Shown piece by piece: positions 1 through 8,302 of a stretch of DNA of 51,538 nucleotides (positions are counted from its first letter, which is position 1; every line of letters starts with the position of its first letter). The position numbers and the translations under genes are program-made. The stretch covers positions 1 through 51,538 of IMG/VR virus record IMGVR_UViG_3300026078_000021; one strand, written 5' to 3'. Origin of the DNA: a virus. Its lineage: Duplodnaviria; Heunggongvirae; Uroviricota; Caudoviricetes. Under the pieces are notes generated by a model that was not told the DNA's origin, searched no databases, and saw nothing but the letters and a program-made list of their open reading frames with translations.

Positions 1-36
1 GGCGAGCCAGTTGCGGGTGACGTCACCGGTGATCAT
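1..36 (-). CDS. 5' end of a leftward gene running off the window (MITGDVTRNWLA...)
   Basis: ATG at 36-34 with AGGAGG RBS at 43-48 and a TTGACA-N17-TAGCCT promoter upstream; product unidentifiable. Confidence 0.55.
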   Translation of the reverse strand, partial: MITGDVTRNWLA

Positions 37-137
37 GGGGGGCCTCCTGGGACGTGGGGGCGGGGTGCTGGAGGTGTCGAGCGACGAATCGGTGTATCAC
101 GGAATGGTTTTCGTTCGGTCTCTTCAAGGTATTGGCT

Positions 138-166
138 AGGCTACTCGCGGCGATCATCTGTGTCAA
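138..166 (-). promoter_or_regulatory. Leftward housekeeping-sigma-type promoter TTGACA-N17-TAGCCT, divergent from the GntR gene
   Basis: -35 at 166-161, -10 at 143-138; overlaps the inverted repeat GTCAA-N9-TTGAC (162-180). Confidence 0.65.
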
Positions 167-203
167 GCGAGCGCTTTGACCTGCGACGGAGTATCATCCG
201 ATC

Positions 204-632
204 ATGAAAGCCACCCCCTTCGCTCGCCCCTACGGCACCCGCGTCGAACACCTCGCCAACACACTGACACTCCTCATCGCAACCCGCGAACTGCGGCCCG
301 GCGACCGCCTGCACTACGAGGAGATCGAAAGCCGCTACGGCGTCTCGCGCACCGTCGTACGCGAAGCCCTGCGCGTCCTGGAAGGCAAGGGCCTGGTCGA
401 GGCCCGGCCCCACGTCGGCACCCGCGTCGCCGACGCCGCCGGCTGGAACATCCTCGACCTGAGCCTGCTGCGCGCCATGGCCACCTTCGACGACGAGCTG
501 CGCCTAAGCGCCCAGCGCGTGTGCGACGCCGTCGAGACGCAGCGCGACCTGAACGGGCCCAGTGCGCTGACCGATTACCTCGCCGGCACCATCAACGCCG
601 CGCTCGCCGCGCCGCTGACCGCCTTGACGTAG
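204..632 (+). CDS. GntR-family (FadR-like) wHTH regulator with short/degenerate effector domain
   Basis: LRPGDRL..EEIESRYGVSRTVVREALRVLEGKGLVEARPHVGTRV is a GntR HTH; WNILD follows as in FadR-type proteins; TATCAT 6 nt before the ATG suggests a leaderless mRNA. Confidence 0.85.
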   Translation: MKATPFARPYGTRVEHLANTLTLLIATRELRPGDRLHYEEIESRYGVSRTVVREALRVLEGKGLVEARPHVGTRVADAAGWNILDLSLLRAMATFDDELRLSAQRVCDAVETQRDLNGPSALTDYLAGTINAALAAPLTALT

Positions 633-703
633 CCCGCCGCGTCGAACGGGGGTAGCATGCGGGACACCTCGCACGGCGCCCAGAAGCGAGGAAGCACAAG
701 CCG

Positions 704-826
704 TTGAAAGCAGAAGGCCCCGGCGACGCATCGCCGGGGCCCTCAACTCCAAGGAAACGGTACCACGTGAATACAGTAGTAGCAACCTTGGCCTGCCCTC
801 GCGCGGCCGAGGCGGTGACGCCATGA
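704..826 (+). CDS. Possible 40-aa ORF coupled to the initiator, containing a hairpin at 716-741
   Basis: TTG start; its TGA overlaps the initiator ATG (ATGA); 11-bp perfect stem GGCCCCGGCGA-CGCA-TCGCCGGGGCC. Confidence 0.3.
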   Translation: MKAEGPGDASPGPSTPRKRYHVNTVVATLACPRAAEAVTP

Positions 827-1722
827 GCGTCTACGCCACGACCTGGGTCTATGACCACTCCCAGGCCCGCAACGGCGCGCGGCTGGTTCTGCTCGCGATC
901 GCCGACTCGCTCAACCAGAACTCCGGTCGCGCCTGGCTGTCGATGACCGAACTTCAGCGCAAGGCCGCTCTCGCACGCAGTTCCGTCAACGAAGCGCTGA
1001 CCACCCTGCGCGCGCTCGGCGAGATCGAGGCCGTCGAGGAGGAGATCGGGCCCCGGGGCCAGACCGTCTACCGCATGCCGCGCTTCCAACCCGAGCTGCC
1101 CGCCTGGCGCGACGGCGTCACTGGTACGAAATGCGTACCAGTCCAGCACGGGGGTGAGAGCGCCATCGTGTCCGAGATCCGTACTAGTACGGAATCCGAA
1201 CTAGTACGGAATCCGGCGGCCAGCGGTACGGAATTCGAACCGGTCCTGGTAGGGATTCCGGACAGCCACACCTCTATAAGGAAACCGGAATCTAACCGGA
1301 AGAGAACCAAAGTGCAGGCGGCGCCTCGCGGCGGCGCGGCGCACCACGTCCAGTCCCCGCTCGTCGTCGGACTACCGGAGCCACCCGAGAGCGAGGGGCA
1401 GCGAGTCAACCGCCTCGCCCGCGCCTACACCGACCACGTCCCGCTCTCCAGCTTCAACGCCGTCGCCGGAGTCGTGCGCAAAGCCGTGCGCGCCACCGAC
1501 AGCGAAGGCGCCGCGCTCTACAGCGACGAGCAGATCGAACGCGGCCTCGCGCAACTGGCCGACACCGGCTGGTCCGTCACCGCCAACACCCTGCGCACCG
1601 CCATGCAGGGGCCCCCTCGCGCCACCCAGCCGGTCGGCCGCGCACCATGGCAGAACCCTTACACCGAGGAGGACTACCAGAGCGGCTGGGGCAACGGCGC
1701 GCAGAAGGCGGCGTGGGGATGA
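823..1722 (+). CDS. Phage replication initiator (N-terminal wHTH, O-like)
   Basis: N-terminus WVYDHSQARNGARLVLLAIAD...LQRKAALARSSVNEALTTL typical of phage initiators; internal iterons; directly upstream of a DnaC-like ATPase. Confidence 0.75.
   Translation: MSVYATTWVYDHSQARNGARLVLLAIADSLNQNSGRAWLSMTELQRKAALARSSVNEALTTLRALGEIEAVEEEIGPRGQTVYRMPRFQPELPAWRDGVTGTKCVPVQHGGESAIVSEIRTSTESELVRNPAASGTEFEPVLVGIPDSHTSIRKPESNRKRTKVQAAPRGGAAHHVQSPLVVGLPEPPESEGQRVNRLARAYTDHVPLSSFNAVAGVVRKAVRATDSEGAALYSDEQIERGLAQLADTGWSVTANTLRTAMQGPPRATQPVGRAPWQNPYTEEDYQSGWGNGAQKAAWG
1124..1315. repeat. Putative replication origin (iterons plus AT-rich tract) inside the initiator gene
   Basis: ACTAGTACGGAATCCG at 1183-1198 and 1200-1215; degenerate copies near 1226 and 1249; palindrome TCCGTACTAGTACGGA at 1178-1193; AT-richer tract at 1270-1312. 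Confidence 0.6.
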
Positions 1723-2402
1723 ACGAGCCGACCCTGGCCCTGACCCAGTTGCCTCCCGCTGTGCGCGACCGCATGAACGCCGCGCTCCAGCGCACCGGCG
1801 AGCCCGCCGAGGAGAGGGACCTGTCCGCCGCCAAAACCCGCGCCGACGCGCTGGCCGCATGGCAGGCGGTGCCCCCCCGCTTCCGTAAGGCCGACCCGGC
1901 GCACCCGGACACGCACCCGGCGGTGCGCGCCTGGGCGCGGCACTACGCCGAAGACCCCGCCGAAAGCAACTCGTTGATGTTTCACGGCACCACCGGGTCA
2001 GGCAAGACGCACGCCGCGTACGCGACGCTGCGCGCGGTCGCCGAGAGCGGCACGAAAGCGTACGCGTGGCGGGCGCTGACGCTGCCGAACCTCTTCGGCG
2101 CGCTACGCGGGCGTTCGTTCACCGAAGCGGAGGCATACCTGCGCGCCCTGTGCCGGGTACCGATCCTGCTGCTGGACGACCTGGGCACCAACAAGGTCAC
2201 GGAGTGGACGGAAGAGGTAATCTACCGGGTGATCAACACCCGCTACGAGGACTGCCTGCCGGTGATCTTCACGGGCAACCATCCGCCGAGCGCGCTCGGC
2301 GGGATCGTCGGTGAGCGGGTGGCCTCGCGTATGGCCGAGATGGTCGGGCAGTGGGAGGTCGCTCTGACCGGCGCGGACCGGCGCAGAAGGCCGCCTGCGT
2401 GA
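1719..2402 (+). CDS. DnaC/IstB-like AAA+ ATPase (helicase loader)
   Basis: Walker A GTTGSGKT, Walker B ILLLDDLG, IFTGN, RVASRMAEM; ATGA overlap with the initiator. Confidence 0.9.
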   Translation: MNEPTLALTQLPPAVRDRMNAALQRTGEPAEERDLSAAKTRADALAAWQAVPPRFRKADPAHPDTHPAVRAWARHYAEDPAESNSLMFHGTTGSGKTHAAYATLRAVAESGTKAYAWRALTLPNLFGALRGRSFTEAEAYLRALCRVPILLLDDLGTNKVTEWTEEVIYRVINTRYEDCLPVIFTGNHPPSALGGIVGERVASRMAEMVGQWEVALTGADRRRRPPA

Positions 2403-2474
2403 TGCGCGCCCAGCGCCGCCGGGCCTGGGGGGAGTAAGATCAGCAGTGCCCTGACGAGGTGGCGAACGCGAACG

Positions 2475-3005
2475 ATGACGGGAGGCGCTGTGCAGGAGCC
2501 CGAAGCTGCCGACGCGCAGGAGGCCACCGACCAGCACGCGGACGAGGAGAGGCTGACCTGCCTGAAATGCAGGCTGGAGCTGCCCGCCAACTGGTTCGCG
2601 CGCACGCCCGGCCAGGATGGCACCTGGCGGGTGGACGGCTGGTGCCGCGACTGCCGGGGCAAGTTGCGCGCGGCCAACCGCGCGCCGGCGAAGGGCACGC
2701 GGCGCGGGGACCGGGAGTACAGCAACGCGCGCAGCCGTGCGGTGGCCGCCGCGAACCGGCGCCTGCGCGAGGAGCACGAGGCGACCTACCAGCGGTATGT
2801 GCGTGAGGCCGCCGAGCGTACGCCCCTGCCGCCGAGCGATCCGGGCGACGCGAAACGCACGCAGGATCGGATGAACGTACACGCGCAGCACGCGCGGCGT
2901 GCGGCGCAGCGCCTGCGCGAGGACCACGCGGAGGCGTACGAGGATTACGTGGAGACGGAGCTGCGCGCGCAGGGCTATGAGCCGCGTCGGCCGAGGAAGC
3001 GGTGA
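2475..3005 (+). CDS. Hypothetical protein with CxxC...CxxC Zn-binding motif and helical C-terminus
   Basis: CLKC...WCRDC; RBS GAGG upstream; GTGA overlap with the next gene. Confidence 0.6.
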   Translation: MTGGAVQEPEAADAQEATDQHADEERLTCLKCRLELPANWFARTPGQDGTWRVDGWCRDCRGKLRAANRAPAKGTRRGDREYSNARSRAVAAANRRLREEHEATYQRYVREAAERTPLPPSDPGDAKRTQDRMNVHAQHARRAAQRLREDHAEAYEDYVETELRAQGYEPRRPRKR

Positions 3006-3310
3006 ACCGGCCGGGGCCGCTGCGGTGGGAGCGGTGGCGCTCGCGGGCTGCATGCCAGGGCCTGCCGCTGGGGCTGACGAAGGCGTTCATCGCGGCGGCT
3101 CCGCTGGAGAGCGAGCGCATGTGGGCGCTGGGGTTGTGCGGCGGGTGCCCGGTGAAGCGGGAGTGCTATTTGTGGGCGTGGTCGGCGCGCGGGTTCGAGG
3201 GGATCGCGGGCGGGCGGTGTTGGCCGGCGGCGCGACGCAGTGTGGCGGGGAAGCGGGGGCCGGGTGCGGTGGCGGCGGCGCGGGTTTCGGCCGGCGCGTC
3301 AGGTACGTGA
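3002..3310 (+). CDS. WhiB-family Fe-S transcription factor
   Basis: AACQG...LCGGCPVKRECY...GIAGG: four Cys plus a variant G-[IV]-x-GG turn. Confidence 0.8.
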   Translation: MNRPGPLRWERWRSRAACQGLPLGLTKAFIAAAPLESERMWALGLCGGCPVKRECYLWAWSARGFEGIAGGRCWPAARRSVAGKRGPGAVAAARVSAGASGT

Positions 3311-3614
3311 GGCGGTGTGGCGTCGCGCCGCCGGCTGTTGTGAGCGGTGCGGTGCGCCGTTGGCGGGGCGCGCGGCGCTGTGGTGGCGGCGCTGCGCGCC
3401 GGCTCGGGTGGATGCGAGCAATGTGATGTTGGCGTGTGGCGCGCGGGCCGGGACGCCCGGGTGCGCGGCGTGGCTGGCGGCGCATCACGAGCGCGCGGTG
3501 CGCAGCGGGTGGCTGGTGGAGCGGGGAGATGATCCGGCGGCGGTGGCCGTGCGGGTACGGTGGCGCGGTTTCGTGCTACTGGACGCTGCGGGTGGGTGCC
3601 GTCCGGCGCGGTAG
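3264..3614 (+). CDS. HNH-endonuclease-like protein, degenerate
   Basis: VWRRAAGCCERCG...ASNVMLACG..GTPGCAAW..GWLV..GDDPAAV resembles actinophage HNH proteins, but the expected HHRR reads WWRR; start uncertain (3240 or 3264). Confidence 0.55.
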   Translation: MRWRRRGFRPARQVREAVWRRAAGCCERCGAPLAGRAALWWRRCAPARVDASNVMLACGARAGTPGCAAWLAAHHERAVRSGWLVERGDDPAAVAVRVRWRGFVLLDAAGGCRPAR

Positions 3615-3896
3615 CATGGCGGGGCGTTTTCGTAGGCGCGCTGACGGCCGCCGCGCCGCCGGGTTTGACCTTGGCCCGGGGGTGCGGCGGCTGTCTTGAT
3701 GTCGCGGCGCAGTCGATGCGAGTGTTTCCACGCGTGGGCGTGGTTTTTCGTCACAGGTTTACAGGGCGCGGGTGTGTGCGCAGGTGGCGGCCTCTTGCGC
3801 GGCGCGGGGTGCGGCGTCTACGGTCTGCTCACACGTCCCCTCGCGCTGCCGCTGTGCGCCTGGATGCGGGTGGGCCGATCGAAGGAGGAGTCACTC

Positions 3897-4385
3897 GTGA
3901 CGATTGCCGGTACGTGTGACCCGGTACGTTCGCTGCCCGCGCCTCGGTTGCGCGTGGTGCCGTATACGGGTTCGTTCATGCAGCGGCTGACGCAGGATGA
4001 CACCGCGCTCGCGTTGCGCGCGATGAACACGCCCGCGCCGTGGGATGAGGGAGAGGACGATGAGGCGCTGGCGCGTGCGGCGCTCGCGCGGCGCTGGTGG
4101 GCGGTGCGCTGGCAGTGGTATGACCCGGAGATCCTGATGGGGATGCGCCGGCGGCTGAGCGAGGGCGTGCGCGTGGGGGTGGCGGAGGTGGTGCGGCGTA
4201 TGCGGGTGGATGAGCGGCGGCACAACGCGGCGGTGCGCGCGGAGTTGGCGGCGGTGCTGGACCGGTTGGACGCTGCGGCGTTTCGCGCCGGGGTCGAGTC
4301 GGCGGTCACCCGCACGCTGGGGCGGCAGTTTTACCGGAGCCGTTCGGTCGCCGGTGTGCTGCGCGCGTTGCGCGCTACCCTGTAG
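3897..4385 (+). CDS. Hypothetical protein
   Basis: GTG start with strong RBS AAGGAGGAG; candidate promoter TTGCGC-N18-TACGGT at 3795-3824. Confidence 0.6.
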   Translation: MTIAGTCDPVRSLPAPRLRVVPYTGSFMQRLTQDDTALALRAMNTPAPWDEGEDDEALARAALARRWWAVRWQWYDPEILMGMRRRLSEGVRVGVAEVVRRMRVDERRHNAAVRAELAAVLDRLDAAAFRAGVESAVTRTLGRQFYRSRSVAGVLRALRATL

Positions 4386-4466
4386 CAGGGGTGTCGGGTT
4401 CCCGCTGTCGAGGCTACTCCGGCGGGTCGCGCCGCTCTCTCTCCCCCCCCTTGAGACGCGGCGCGG

Positions 4467-4511
4467 AAAAGGGGTCCTGGGTCGGCGCCGGCCCAGGACC
4501 CCGTGGTTTTT
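4467..4511. terminator. Bidirectional intrinsic terminator between convergent genes
   Basis: 11-bp stem GGGGTCCTGGG/CCCAGGACCCC (4471-4502), A4 upstream and T5 downstream. Confidence 0.75.
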
Positions 4512-4987
4512 CAGGTGTAGAGCCGGTATCCGCCTTTGAGGACCAGTGCCTCGCGCACCCGCAGTTCGTCCCACACGGCGTACTTGTCGTTGACGTAGTC
4601 CAGCGGTTTGGGGAACCAGGAGTGGAACGTGATGCGCGCGGCGCCGCTGCTGGAGACGCGGATCATCGCGGCGACCTCGGCGACGCCGCACAGCAGTGAC
4701 GGGATGGGCCCGGGTTGCGCCGTCTCCTCCTGCTCCATCAGTGCGATGAGTTCGGTAGGCAGGTAGGCCACGGTCAGCGCGTGGGCGAGGTATGCCCTGG
4801 CGGCGGTGCGCGCGTCCCAGATCGGTAGTTTCCCGCCGCTGATGCGTCCGAGCGGGGCGGGGAACCATAGGCGGCCGGTTTGCAGGTGCGCGGCTTGGCG
4901 GCTGACGCGGCGCCAGGCGGCGAAATCGCCGACGCTGGCCAGCAGGTAGCTGCGCGCGGTGGTGGCCTGGTCGGTTTTGGCGCTCAT
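4511..4987 (-). CDS. Tandem AlpA/MerR-like HTH DNA-binding protein (repressor candidate)
   Basis: Two internal repeats: LASVGDFAAWRRVSRQA..WFPAPL..PIWD and LCGVAEVAAMIRVSSSG..WFPKPL..AVWD; RBS AGGAGAA. Confidence 0.65.
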   Translation of the reverse strand: MSAKTDQATTARSYLLASVGDFAAWRRVSRQAAHLQTGRLWFPAPLGRISGGKLPIWDARTAARAYLAHALTVAYLPTELIALMEQEETAQPGPIPSLLCGVAEVAAMIRVSSSGAARITFHSWFPKPLDYVNDKYAVWDELRVREALVLKGGYRLYT

Positions 4988-5018
4988 CGTGGGTTCTCCT
5001 CGGGTTCACGTGACGCCA

Positions 5019-5047
5019 AGGCTACGACCGGCAGTTCGCCGTGTCAA
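5019..5047 (-). promoter_or_regulatory. Promoter TTGACA-N17-TAGCCT for the tandem-HTH gene
   Basis: Same hexamers and spacing as the promoter at 138-166. Confidence 0.7.
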
Positions 5048-5149
5048 GCATCATACGTTGATACTCATGCCAGTTGTCGCGGTAGGAATGTGCTTGATAA
5101 TACTCTGGCCTGCGCAGACACCGGAACGTGGCACGCAACCGCCAGAGGC

Positions 5150-5179
5150 TTGACGTAGCGAAGCGTGCCTGATTAGGGT
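5150..5179 (+). promoter_or_regulatory. Promoter TTGACG-N18-TAGGGT for the ParB-like operon
   Basis: Consensus-like -35/-10 about 50 nt upstream of the TTG at 5229. Confidence 0.65.
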
Positions 5180-5228
5180 GTTGGGTCACACATAAACGCA
5201 CCACCAGCGCAGCAAGGGAGCCCTCACC

Positions 5229-6203
5229 TTGTCGTCCACGGCAACGCTGCCCGTCCTCAAACAGCCCGAACCCATCACCGCCGACGGCGTCGAAGTCAAA
5301 GTCATCACCCTCACCGCCGAACTGGCCGAAGAACTCATCGCCGCCAACGCCGGCAACCGCAACGTCTCGGAAGAGGAAGTCGCCCGCCACTGCCGCAACC
5401 TGCTGAACAACCGGTGGAAATTCAACGGCGACACCTGGCGCATCGACCTGCACGGCAGATTCATCGACGGACAACACCGCGTCCACGGCTACCTGCGCGC
5501 CATCGCGATGCTGGAGGCCCAGGGCCTAGAGCCCTTCACCATGCCCATCATCCTGGTCACCGGCCTACAACCGGAGGCACGCGCCACCATCGACCTGGGA
5601 CGGCGCCGCTCCCTGGCCGACGAACTGCGCATGCGCGGCTACAAGGACACCACCCACCTGGCCTCTTTCACCAGCCTCGTATGGAACTACGACGTCTACG
5701 CCGGTGACCTGCGCGAGGCGGCCGGACGCTCCAAGGGCCTGCCGTCCGTGCCCGAACTGCTCGGCCTGTGGGACGAGCAACTGCACAGCCTGTTCGCCGA
5801 CCCGCTCACCACCCAGGGCAACGACGAAGAGGACCCCGACCTGCTCTCACGCGGACGCACCCTGGCCGCCGGATGCCGGATGCCGGTCAGTAGCTGCATG
5901 CTCGTCCTCTGGATTCTCGACCAGGTCGACCCCATCGACGCGCAGTTCTTCATCGACCGGCTGACCACCGGGGACGGGGTGAGTACGGATGATCTGCGCA
6001 CAAACCCAATCTTCAACCTGCGCCGGCTGATCCACAATAAAAGGAAAGTCAAAAAAATGCGCGTCCCGTCCTGGCTGTGGGTCGCCTGGACGCTGCGCGC
6101 CTGGCACCACTTCCGCAACGGCCAGCGGGTGGAGAACATCACTTTCACCGCCGGCGGCCAGAACCCTGACCCGTACCCCCGGCCGCTGAACGAACTGCAC
6201 TGA
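5229..6203 (+). CDS. ParB/Srx-like (DGQHR-motif) protein
   Basis: NRNVSEEEVARHCRNLLNNRWKFNGD..GRFIDGQHR..ILVTGL..IDLGRRRSLAD; RBS AAGGGAG. Confidence 0.7.
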   Translation: MSSTATLPVLKQPEPITADGVEVKVITLTAELAEELIAANAGNRNVSEEEVARHCRNLLNNRWKFNGDTWRIDLHGRFIDGQHRVHGYLRAIAMLEAQGLEPFTMPIILVTGLQPEARATIDLGRRRSLADELRMRGYKDTTHLASFTSLVWNYDVYAGDLREAAGRSKGLPSVPELLGLWDEQLHSLFADPLTTQGNDEEDPDLLSRGRTLAAGCRMPVSSCMLVLWILDQVDPIDAQFFIDRLTTGDGVSTDDLRTNPIFNLRRLIHNKRKVKKMRVPSWLWVAWTLRAWHHFRNGQRVENITFTAGGQNPDPYPRPLNELH

Positions 6204-6218
6204 GAGCGGGGGGCGAGG

Positions 6219-6455
6219 ATGGCGACGCGACGCGAGAGGACACGGACAGTAGTGGCGACGGCGGTGGCGATTCTCCCGCTCGGTGCCACCGCGCCCGCGC
6301 TGGCGAACCACGAGGTGCCCGCCGGGGCGCGCGCCGCCCTCAGTTTCGTCGACATGGTGTGGGTGGTCGGGGTGATGATGGTGATCCTGCCCGCCGTCCA
6401 AAAGCGCCGGGAACGCACAGAGCAACACCACGACGAGGACGGACCCGGCACGTGA
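6219..6455 (+). CDS. Small membrane protein
   Basis: Two hydrophobic segments; RBS GAGG. Confidence 0.55.
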   Translation: MATRRERTRTVVATAVAILPLGATAPALANHEVPAGARAALSFVDMVWVVGVMMVILPAVQKRRERTEQHHDEDGPGT

Positions 6456-6766
6456 ACGCGATCGCGGGCACCCTCACGCACATCGGCATGCTGCTCTGGG
6501 TGGCGGGTGCGGCATGCACCTACGTCCTGCCGCGTCAGAAAGCCGTATGCGTCTCCCTCGCGTTGGCCACCGGCAGTCTGCTCTGCTACACCGTCAGCGC
6601 GATCCTGGCCGACGACACCCCCATCGCCCTGCTGGAGGCCACGTTCACGGGCGTGGCCGCGTGGGCGTGGTGGACGCGCGGCGGCGGCGACGGCACCAAG
6701 CGCCGGCTGCGCCGCCTGCGTGCCCGGTTCCGCGCGGTGCGACGCACCGCACCGGTTACGACATGA
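6452..6766 (+). CDS. Small membrane protein (about 3 TM) with basic tail
   Basis: GTGA overlap; hydrophobic helices ending AWAWWTRGGGDGTKRRLRRLR. Confidence 0.65.
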   Translation: MNAIAGTLTHIGMLLWVAGAACTYVLPRQKAVCVSLALATGSLLCYTVSAILADDTPIALLEATFTGVAAWAWWTRGGGDGTKRRLRRLRARFRAVRRTAPVTT

Positions 6767-6781
6767 CGAGGGGGGCCGACC

Positions 6782-6922
6782 GTGTCGGTGCTCTGCATGG
6801 TGCTCGCGCTCGTGCTCGCGGTGCTCGGCGTGGTGGTGCCGGGCTGGCCGGGCCTGGGGTGCGCGCTGGCGGCTCTGCTGCCGCTCGCCGTGCTGGCCCG
6901 GCGCGCACGACACCGGCGGTAG
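6782..6922 (+). CDS. 46-aa membrane peptide (not in ORF track)
   Basis: GTG start; VSVLCMVLALVLAVLGVVVPGWPGLGCALAALLPLAVLARRARHRR; purine-rich RBS. Confidence 0.5.
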   Translation: MSVLCMVLALVLAVLGVVVPGWPGLGCALAALLPLAVLARRARHRR

Positions 6923-6958
6923 GCTGCCACAGCGGTGTAAGGCAGGGGGTGTTCGGGG

Positions 6959-7231
6959 GTGGGTATGTGGCGGTCGACGTTGGGTGCGGCCTCTGCGGTG
7001 CTGGGGGCGTCCTCGGCTCTGGCGGTGCTCACGTTCCTGGTGGCACTCGGGGTTTTCCGGGGTCCGGCGCACATGTCGTGGTCGTGGTCGCTGGCTCTCG
7101 CGGGGGTGCTGGGGGGTGTGCCGGCGGCCCTGGGGTGGCTGCTGGCGATGGTGATCGTGCTGGCGGGGCTGGGGCGAGCGGCGTGGGGATCGGCGCGCCG
7201 GCGCGTCGCGGAGCACCAGAAGAAGGCTTGA
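6959..7231 (+). CDS. Small membrane protein
   Basis: 2-3 hydrophobic segments, basic C-terminus. Confidence 0.55.
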   Translation: MGMWRSTLGAASAVLGASSALAVLTFLVALGVFRGPAHMSWSWSLALAGVLGGVPAALGWLLAMVIVLAGLGRAAWGSARRRVAEHQKKA

Positions 7232-7256
7232 CACAGTTGAGTGACGCGCTTACGGT
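7228..7256 (+). promoter_or_regulatory. Promoter TTGACA-N17-TACGGT
   Basis: Consensus -35, TANNNT -10, 17-nt spacer, upstream of gene 7289. Confidence 0.65.
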
Positions 7257-7288
7257 GGCTGTGTCGCCACCGCCTGGAAGGGAGCACC

Positions 7289-7516
7289 ATGACCGCCACC
7301 GACACCCCGCGCACACCCGTCGCCCGGCGCCTCGCCGAGCAAGCCGCCGCCGAACTGCGCGAAGCGCTCACCGCCGCCGGGTTCACCACCGCCGAACTGC
7401 GCAACGTGCGCGGAGACACCACCGCCAGCGCCGAACCGTTCGTCGCCCTCGGGCGCCTGACCCCGGCCGCCGCGCTACGGCTCGCCGAGATAGCGCGCGC
7501 CGGCACCCCGCAGTAA
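7289..7516 (+). CDS. Small hypothetical protein
   Basis: ATG with RBS AAGGGAG; GC3-rich; followed by a hairpin. Confidence 0.65.
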   Translation: MTATDTPRTPVARRLAEQAAAELREALTAAGFTTAELRNVRGDTTASAEPFVALGRLTPAAALRLAEIARAGTPQ

Positions 7517-7538
7517 CATCAACGCCAACCCCTCCACA

Positions 7539-7572
7539 CCGCGCGGCCCCGCGTACGGGCGGGGCCGCGCGG
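7539..7572 (+). terminator. GC-rich hairpin, probable terminator
   Basis: 14-bp perfect stem CCGCGCGGCCCCGC/GCGGGGCCGCGCGG. Confidence 0.55.
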
Positions 7573-7639
7573 CCACCCGACGGCGTGACTCAGCCGGTGT
7601 ACACAGCATTTCGCGGCCACCTCTGGAACTGGACACTGC

Positions 7640-8302
7640 ATGCAGACCCCACCCGCGCGCCACACCGGCGCCCTGCTGATCACACCGCACATCGCCGACA
7701 GCCTGATCGAGCAACACCCCCACTGGCCCACCCGCAAAGACCCCGACCTGGACGTGGTCTTCACCCTCGAATCGCGCAGCGCCAACACCGGCAAAGGCCC
7801 GGTCACGCGCCGCGACGCCACCGCGCTGATCCCCGTGAACGACGAACTGCGCGCAGCGCCACTGATCGCCAAGCAGATCCAAGCCGTCGTCGACCAGTTC
7901 CCGACCCGGACCTTCGCCGGTCACATCCAGGCCACCCCCGACGACGGCACGCTGCCCTGGCGTTACACCGTCAACCGGCGCACACGCACCGTCGAGATCA
8001 TCAAACCCCGGACACTGCTGCTGTGGCCCGGAGACCCCGAGCCCGGCGCGCCGCCGCGCACGCCCAGCGGCCTGGCCCGACGGATCATGGCGTTCTTCCA
8101 GGCGCACCCCGGGGAGTTTTTCCACGGCGCGGAAGTCGCCCGGCGCCTTAAATCCCCGCCCGCGTCCCTGTCCAACGCGATGCGCCGCCTGCACGAGCAA
8201 GGGTTGCTGGACGAACAGTGGAATCTGTTGCCGACCGGGCGGGCCACGACCCGCGTGCACCAGTACCGCGTCACCGCCAAGGGCCTGGCGTGGCGCGCCT
8301 AG
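7640..8302 (+). CDS. Protein with C-terminal winged-HTH domain
   Basis: RRIMAFFQAHPGEFFHGAEVARRLKSPPASLSNAMRRLHEQGLL..YRVTAKG. Confidence 0.6.
   Translation: MQTPPARHTGALLITPHIADSLIEQHPHWPTRKDPDLDVVFTLESRSANTGKGPVTRRDATALIPVNDELRAAPLIAKQIQAVVDQFPTRTFAGHIQATPDDGTLPWRYTVNRRTRTVEIIKPRTLLLWPGDPEPGAPPRTPSGLARRIMAFFQAHPGEFFHGAEVARRLKSPPASLSNAMRRLHEQGLLDEQWNLLPTGRATTRVHQYRVTAKGLAWRA

Noticed and set aside
6514-8151. 545-aa + strand ORF overlapping the membrane-protein cluster
   Set aside because: Arg/Pro/Ala-rich off-frame translation; shorter ORFs with RBS and GC3 bias explain the region
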